From Candidatus Bathyarchaeia archaeon (GTDB taxonomy: Archaea > Thermoproteota > Bathyarchaeia > Bathyarchaeales > Bathycorpusculaceae), in contig JAVZNC010000001.1 in assembly GCA_038882955.1 (NCBI GenBank), positions 309,775 to 373,774 of the forward strand: a stretch of 64,000 nt of DNA, in the 5' to 3' direction. Made by a program: the position numbers and the translations under genes. The notes beneath the pieces are model-generated. The model was not told the DNA's origin. It did not search any database and saw only the letters and a list, made by a program, of their open reading frames with translations. Shown one piece after another: positions 58,564-64,000 of this stretch (positions within the stretch are counted from its first letter, which is position 1; each line of letters begins with the position of its first letter).

Positions 58564-59088
58564 TCACACTTTATCGCTTTTGACTAAATCTCGAAGCCTG
58601 TTAACGCCGTCAATCTCCTTTATGAATGCTGCCACGCTTTTTGGAACAAGTTCCTCCCAACTCTTGTCCTTAAGCATTCTCTCACGGATTTCCGTTGAAG
58701 AATAAAGTTTCCTCTCATGAAAACGAATGTTTTTCACCTCGTATCCAGCCTCCATGAAAAGCCTACGCGTCAAAGGCTCATTCGAATAAACAACATTAAA
58801 CGGTGGAGTGTAGCCCTCTACGGCGGAAACCCACATCATGTGCAAATGCACGTCTGGAACGGGCACAATCCAAACTTTAGAATACGGTATTCCGGCTTCT
58901 TCAAGCGCTCTGCGAATCATAACAAGCCTTTCGCCCGCAGTGAAAGGATTATTCAAGTTGTGGCTGTATTGTGCGCTCCCAATGACAATGACTAACTCAT
59001 CAACTTCCTTTAAAATGTCCTTTATTGCGCCGAGATGACCCAAATGGAAAGGCTGAAAGCGTCCAACATAAAGTCCACGCTTAACCAT
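58564..59088 (-). CDS. nadM: nicotinamide-nucleotide adenylyltransferase
   Basis: GRFQPFHLGH, GSAQ, NPFTAGER, SSTEIR. Confidence 0.95.
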   Translation of the reverse strand: MVKRGLYVGRFQPFHLGHLGAIKDILKEVDELVIVIGSAQYSHNLNNPFTAGERLVMIRRALEEAGIPYSKVWIVPVPDVHLHMMWVSAVEGYTPPFNVVYSNEPLTRRLFMEAGYEVKNIRFHERKLYSSTEIRERMLKDKSWEELVPKSVAAFIKEIDGVNRLRDLVKSDKV

Positions 59089-59181
59089 CAAACCCCTCTT
59101 GCTTTCTGGTGTATCCACCACACATTTATCATTTACGATAAATCAGCATAAACACGCGGGGCAATTGAGTCTTTCAGATAG

Positions 59182-59775
59182 TTAATTTTCTTCCTTAACT
59201 TTGTTTAACACGTTTTCGACCGGGAATAAAAGCAGTTTTTTGCCATTCAAGGAAATTTCGCTTTTAGAAATATAGCCTCGCTTTTCCCGCTTCAAGAGTT
59301 GAAGTTTAACGTTTAAGCCGCCTCCATATCCGCCTAACGTAAAGTCTGAACAAACAACTCTATGGCATGGAACGAGCGGCGCAAAAGGATTCATAGCCAT
59401 AACACGCCCAACAGCCCTTGGGCTTCCACCCACAGCTTTGGCAACAACACCATAAGAAGTAACATACCCAACGGGAACTAGCGAAACAGCTCTTATCACG
59501 TTTTGCGCATACACGGATAAATGCTCTACCGCCAACGACGCATCAACCACAACATCCTTTCCATAATAAACATTCTTAACTAAATCCAGAACATGCCCAG
59601 CAAACGTGGAAACCTTTTCAGAATACTGAAAGGGAGAATCAAAAGGAACCCCTTCCAAAAGGCTCTTTAACACAGAAGCCTTGCTAAAGCCAAAACCCGT
59701 GGCAAAAACTTTTCGCGCATCACATGCGACCCCAAACCAAACTCCATCGTCACCCTTAACGCAAAGGCTTATCAT
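59182..59775 (-). CDS. ogt: methylated-DNA-protein-cysteine methyltransferase
   Basis: SYG...PRAVG...NP...PCHRVV...LGGYGGG. Confidence 0.92.
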   Translation of the reverse strand: MISLCVKGDDGVWFGVACDARKVFATGFGFSKASVLKSLLEGVPFDSPFQYSEKVSTFAGHVLDLVKNVYYGKDVVVDASLAVEHLSVYAQNVIRAVSLVPVGYVTSYGVVAKAVGGSPRAVGRVMAMNPFAPLVPCHRVVCSDFTLGGYGGGLNVKLQLLKREKRGYISKSEISLNGKKLLLFPVENVLNKVKEEN

Positions 59776-59847
59776 TTAACGGCACCTCTAGAGAATATGA
59801 ACACAACATTATTAAACAATTCTTCATGATGTAGGAAAGGGGATAAT

Positions 59848-61134
59848 TTGCAAAACGCCACAGAACCAGTAAAGGTTCTCCCAGTTTTAGTTTGCAGAAA
59901 AGGGCAAGTTTCAGAAAATTTTCTAAATGAAAGGATAGAGCAGCTCAGTAAAAACTTGAAAATTAAAGCCGAAATTTTAGAGGGAATAACAGTCAACGAC
60001 GAAGAAGACCTCATAATTTTTGGTGTACACGCAAAGGATGCTGACGCTATAATCTTATACAAGCCGCATCTTGGCTTAGGAAACTGTATAACTGAAATAG
60101 CAAAACATGGACTACCAATAATACTTTTCAATGAAGAGGGATTAGTAAATAACCCATTAGACGCATTAGAGTACGTATACTCGCGCAATAACGTTTGGGT
60201 TGCCCTAGACTACCAAGACATAAACAATTGTCTGGAAGCAATCTCGGTTAGGGAAAAGCTCAAAAAGACGAAAATTTTAGTCTTGAATGAGGATTATCCC
60301 CACTGGGAGCACTTTTTATCACGTGTCCAAGGTGGACGCGAAGCTATCAAAAAGAAGTTTGGAATAGAACTTGAGTATGTGCAAAGCGAAGATGTGATGA
60401 AACGGTGGGAAAACATTGATGACGCACTTGCTGAGCCGCTGGTTGAAAAATGGATGAGCGAGGCAGATAAAATCGTTGAACCCTCAAGAACAGATGTCAA
60501 AGCAGTCGCCAAGTTATACATTCTAATGAAAAATCTGTTGAATGAGAAAACTGCCCAAGCGGTAACAATGGCTTATGGCGACAACCCACTGCCAGTCCCA
60601 TGCTTCGCCTATACAAATCTGCGGGATGAAGGAATACCAGCAGCGTGTGAGGCGGACATCATCTCGCTACTTTCAATGGTAATCCTCCATTACGTTGCAG
60701 AAAAACCATGTTTTATGGGAAACACGTTTGTTGACACAAAAGATAATGCGCTGGTTCTTAGTCATTGCGTATGCCCAAGAAAAATGGAAGGCTACAACGC
60801 AGACGCATCACCCTACATTTTAAGGCGATATCATATGGAGAATTTTGCTGGCAGCTTAACAGCCTTCGTGAAAATGACGGTTGGACATGAAGTAACTGTT
60901 TGCAGGTTAAGTGGAGATTTGAAAAACATGATAGTCGCCAATGGCGTCATTCTGGACTGCGCGGAAATGGACAGCGAAATGTACTGTAGAATTACGGTCA
61001 AAGTGAAAATTGAAAATCCAAGAGAATTCATACATAAAACATCCGGTAACCATCACGTGATGGTTTACGGCGACTACAGAGAACAGCTTAAAAGATTAAA
61101 CAGCCTGTTAAACATAAACACTATAGAAATCTAA
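59848..61134 (+). CDS. L-fucose/L-arabinose isomerase-like family protein
   Basis: PCFAY..LRDEGIPAACEAD, SHC, CRITV, GNHHVMVYGD. Confidence 0.7.
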   Translation: MQNATEPVKVLPVLVCRKGQVSENFLNERIEQLSKNLKIKAEILEGITVNDEEDLIIFGVHAKDADAIILYKPHLGLGNCITEIAKHGLPIILFNEEGLVNNPLDALEYVYSRNNVWVALDYQDINNCLEAISVREKLKKTKILVLNEDYPHWEHFLSRVQGGREAIKKKFGIELEYVQSEDVMKRWENIDDALAEPLVEKWMSEADKIVEPSRTDVKAVAKLYILMKNLLNEKTAQAVTMAYGDNPLPVPCFAYTNLRDEGIPAACEADIISLLSMVILHYVAEKPCFMGNTFVDTKDNALVLSHCVCPRKMEGYNADASPYILRRYHMENFAGSLTAFVKMTVGHEVTVCRLSGDLKNMIVANGVILDCAEMDSEMYCRITVKVKIENPREFIHKTSGNHHVMVYGDYREQLKRLNSLLNINTIEI

Positions 61135-61192
61135 AAGGGACAGCACAATTAAGTTTACTAAGGTGAGGATTTTGGCTTTTTATGTTGTCTTT

Positions 61193-61911
61193 TCAGGGTT
61201 TTCGCCTTAGAACGTATGTGGCGAGCCAGATTGTCAAGGCTATTAGTAGGAGTAGGATTATTGGGTTGCCTATTATGCGCATGACTGTTTCTGTGTAGCC
61301 TGCGCCTAGTTGTGTGGGCTGTGTGGATGTGGCTTTTTGCGTAACCCGTTCACACTTCAACTGCGCGTTTACAATAGCTTTTAAAATCTTGGGCTGAATT
61401 TCCTCTGGTGCGCGTCTGACCTCGCGGATGAAGCCTTCAGGCAACATTGTGCCACGTGGCACAGCGTTGGGTGGAAGCTTTTCCTTGACCTTTTCCAAAA
61501 ACTCATAGTGGCTAATTAAGCGCGAAACTGCTGTATGGTCCTTGTAGCCGAATCTCTCAGCCACAGCTTTTAGGTCGGGGTATTTGTCTGGGAACTTTTC
61601 CATCAGCAGTTTGAACCATCTGCCAACCTCGTAGTCCGTTAGGCTTTCGCGCTGCAAGTTTTCCGTGAGCACTGCTTCCATCGCTTCATGGTCGCTCATC
61701 TCTTTGACGATGCATGGCACCTTTTCAAGCCCAGCCATCTCCGCAGCCTTCAGCCTTCGCAGTCCACAGACCAACTTATAGTTTCGTTTTTCATTCTTAC
61801 AGCTAGGGGCTCGGTGACGCCGTCGGTTTTAATGCTCTTGGCGAGAGGTAAGAGCCTTTGTATCGTGTGTACAATGCGGATGCTTTGCAGTGTTATGGAG
61901 TCAGGTAATAG
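61193..61911 (-). pseudogene. ParB/Spo0J-like remnant fused to a membrane-anchor tail
   Basis: LAKSIKTDGVTEPLAVR, frameshift near 61785, then VCGLRRLKAA...ENLQRESL and HTH; ends in TM helix plus RRKP; no start codon. Confidence 0.7.
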
Positions 61912-61929
61912 CTAAGTAAAAATATTGTT

Positions 61930-61956
61930 GCTTATCTAATAAGCGCAAATTTTATA
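61930..61956 (+). promoter_or_regulatory. palindrome plus TATA box upstream of hsdM
   Basis: GCTTAT-CTA-ATAAGC (61930-61944) followed by TTTTATA. Confidence 0.45.
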
Positions 61957-61979
61957 TCTTCTTTTCGATTTTATTAGCA

Positions 61980-63761
61980 TTGGAGTTGGCTGTTTTGAGT
62001 AGGGATGTTCCAAGTTGGGTTTTGCGGCGTTATGAGATTTTGTGGGATGCTTTTGGCGGTAAGGCGTTCCGTTTTGAGGATGCAGCTCGGGTTTTGATGG
62101 ACCGGAATAAGGATGCTTGGGAGCAGGTGCCAGTTTTCTTGAGTGAGTTGCGGAAGGCGGGTTGGCTTTTGGTTGAGTCTGATGTTCGTGATGCGCGGCA
62201 GAAGGTGTATAGGTTGAAGAGCCGTGAGGCGGAGTTTGAGGAGCGTTTGGGAAGGGGCGACGTTGATGCTTTGTTGAAGCGGGCTGCGGATTTGATTAGG
62301 ACGCGGGTTGATTACAAGTTTATTTTGATTTTGTTGTTTTTGAAGCGGATTAGTGATAAGTGGGATGTGGAGTTTGAGGAGGCTTATCGGGAGGCTTTGG
62401 CTCAGGGTTTAAGCGAGGAGGAGGCGCGGGCTGAAGCTTTGCGGGAGGAGTTTCACTGGTTTAATTTGCCTGAGGAGTATCGTTGGGAGAGCTTGCGTAA
62501 AGATGTTAGTGGGTTGACGGGGAGGCTTTCGAAGGGGCTTAAGGTTATTGCTGAGCTTAATCCTGAGTTGAAGGATGTTGTGGATAGTGTGGATTTTGTG
62601 CAGTTTGCTGGTAGTCGTGAGAATGCGGAGATTTTGCGGCAGCTTGTGGAGTTGTTTAGTGAGCGGAAGTTGAATCATGTATCGGCTGATGTTTTGGGGG
62701 ATGCTTATGAGTGGATTTTGCGGTATTTTGCGCCTACCAAAGCTAAAGAAGGCGAGATTTACACGCCCCGTGAAGTTATCAAACTGTTAATTGAGATTTT
62801 AGACCCGAAGCCTTTGGAGAGCGTTTATGACCCTGCTTGTGGTTCTGCGGGTATGTTGATTTCTGCGTTTAAGCATGTTGAGGAGCGGTTTGGCAGGGAA
62901 GAGGCGGGTAAGGTGTTTTTGTTTGGGCAGGAAGCGAATCAGTCCATTTTGGCTTTGGCTAAGATGAATATGTTTATTCATGATATCCGTGATGCGCATT
63001 TGGAGTTTGGTGATACGCTTCTTTATCCCAAGTTTAAGGAGGCTGATGGGCTTAGGCGGTTTGATGTGGTTGTGGCTAATCCGCCTTGGAATCAGGATGG
63101 TTATGGCGAGGATGTTTTGAAGAAGGGTGAATTCTGGAAGCAGAGGTTTGGGTTTGGTTTTGTGCCGAGGCAATCGGCGGATTGGGCTTGGATTCAGCAT
63201 ATGCTTGCTTCTGCTAAGGAGGATAGCGGGCGGGTTGGCGTGGTTATTGATAATGGTTGTTTGTTCCGTGGCGGTAAGGAGCGGGCTGTGCGGTCTGCGG
63301 TTTTGGAGCTGGATTGGGTTGAATGTGTTATACTGTTGCCTGAGAAGTTGTTTTATAATACTGGTGCGCCTGGGGCTATCTTGATTTTTAGGAAGAATAA
63401 GCCTGCTGAAAGGAAGGGCAAGATTTTGTTTGTTAATGCTTCTCGTGAGTTTGAGCAGCATCCTGAAGTGCGTAAGTTGAACATTCTTGGCGGGAAGAAT
63501 ATTGAGAGGATTGTTGAGGCGTATAGGTGTTTTAGTGATGAGAGGGGTTTTGCTCGGGTTGTGGGTTTGGATGAGGTTAGGTTGAATGATTATAATTTGA
63601 ATGTGACTTTGTATGTTATGGAGGAGGAGGAAGGCGAAAAAATAGACATAACACGAGAATGGCGGGAACTAAAAGAACTGGAAAAAGAAAAACAAGATGT
63701 TGTTGGAAAATTGGAGCAATACCTTTCAGAAATAACCAAAGCTGTCGGTGGAGAAGGATGA
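61980..63761 (+). CDS. hsdM: Type I R-M methyltransferase HsdM with N-terminal winged helix
   Basis: LLFLKRISD, LGDAYE, GEIYTP, YDPACGSAG, NPPW, LFYNTG, YNLNV. Confidence 0.93.
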   Translation: MELAVLSRDVPSWVLRRYEILWDAFGGKAFRFEDAARVLMDRNKDAWEQVPVFLSELRKAGWLLVESDVRDARQKVYRLKSREAEFEERLGRGDVDALLKRAADLIRTRVDYKFILILLFLKRISDKWDVEFEEAYREALAQGLSEEEARAEALREEFHWFNLPEEYRWESLRKDVSGLTGRLSKGLKVIAELNPELKDVVDSVDFVQFAGSRENAEILRQLVELFSERKLNHVSADVLGDAYEWILRYFAPTKAKEGEIYTPREVIKLLIEILDPKPLESVYDPACGSAGMLISAFKHVEERFGREEAGKVFLFGQEANQSILALAKMNMFIHDIRDAHLEFGDTLLYPKFKEADGLRRFDVVVANPPWNQDGYGEDVLKKGEFWKQRFGFGFVPRQSADWAWIQHMLASAKEDSGRVGVVIDNGCLFRGGKERAVRSAVLELDWVECVILLPEKLFYNTGAPGAILIFRKNKPAERKGKILFVNASREFEQHPEVRKLNILGGKNIERIVEAYRCFSDERGFARVVGLDEVRLNDYNLNVTLYVMEEEEGEKIDITREWRELKELEKEKQDVVGKLEQYLSEITKAVGGEG

Positions 63762-64000
63762 TGTTCTACAAAGAAACAGAGTTTAAGCATGAGCCACCTC
63801 TTGGTAACGTTCCCAAGGAATGGGAAGTCGTTAAGCTCAAGGATGTTGCAGACTACTTAAATGGTTATCCTTTTAGCCCCAAAGATTGGAAAGACAAAGG
63901 GCTTCCCATTATAAGGATTCAAAACCTTAACGACCCAGATGCACAGTTTAACTATTTTGATGGTGACATTGAGGACAGATATATCGTGGAAAATGGGGAT
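63758..64000 (+). CDS. hsdS: Type I R-M specificity subunit HsdS (partial)
   Basis: ATGA overlap with the hsdM stop; MMFYKETEFKHEPPLGNVPKEWEVVKLKDV...NGYPF...PIIRIQNL...VENGD. Confidence 0.9.
   Translation, partial: MMFYKETEFKHEPPLGNVPKEWEVVKLKDVADYLNGYPFSPKDWKDKGLPIIRIQNLNDPDAQFNYFDGDIEDRYIVENGD

Noticed and set aside
1-64000. tRNA/rRNA genes, IS transposases, integrases
   Set aside because: None recognised by eye; intergenic gaps are short and lack T-loop or cloverleaf signatures (a tRNAscan/Infernal run would be decisive)

Overview
Gene-dense archaeal chromosome segment, most consistent with Bathyarchaeia/TACK (histone, eS25, eS26, eS17, EF-1beta, Rpo6, thermosome, CDC48, FEN1, Tes, arcadin-1). 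It holds about 65 mostly housekeeping genes and two small defence islands: a fused restriction-modification gene plus a repeat-bracketed toxin-antitoxin module (~25.9-29.7 kb), and a ParB remnant plus Type I hsdM/hsdS (~61.2-64 kb). The top finding is a 32-nt tRNA-type bulge-helix-bulge intron inside the protein-coding pcm gene (8761-8792, minus strand); cutting it at the canonical EndA sites exactly restores the conserved GQTISAPHMV motif and a 225-aa ORF. Other findings: a TrpY/TRP-box-controlled trpB2 plus SerK-like serine kinase operon, a dispersed G-string repeat associated with kb-scale strand-composition flips, an R-M enzyme ending in a PIP-box-like motif, and an orphan arcadin-1. No tRNA, rRNA or CRISPR array was seen. 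All calls come from motif recognition by eye, not database searches.
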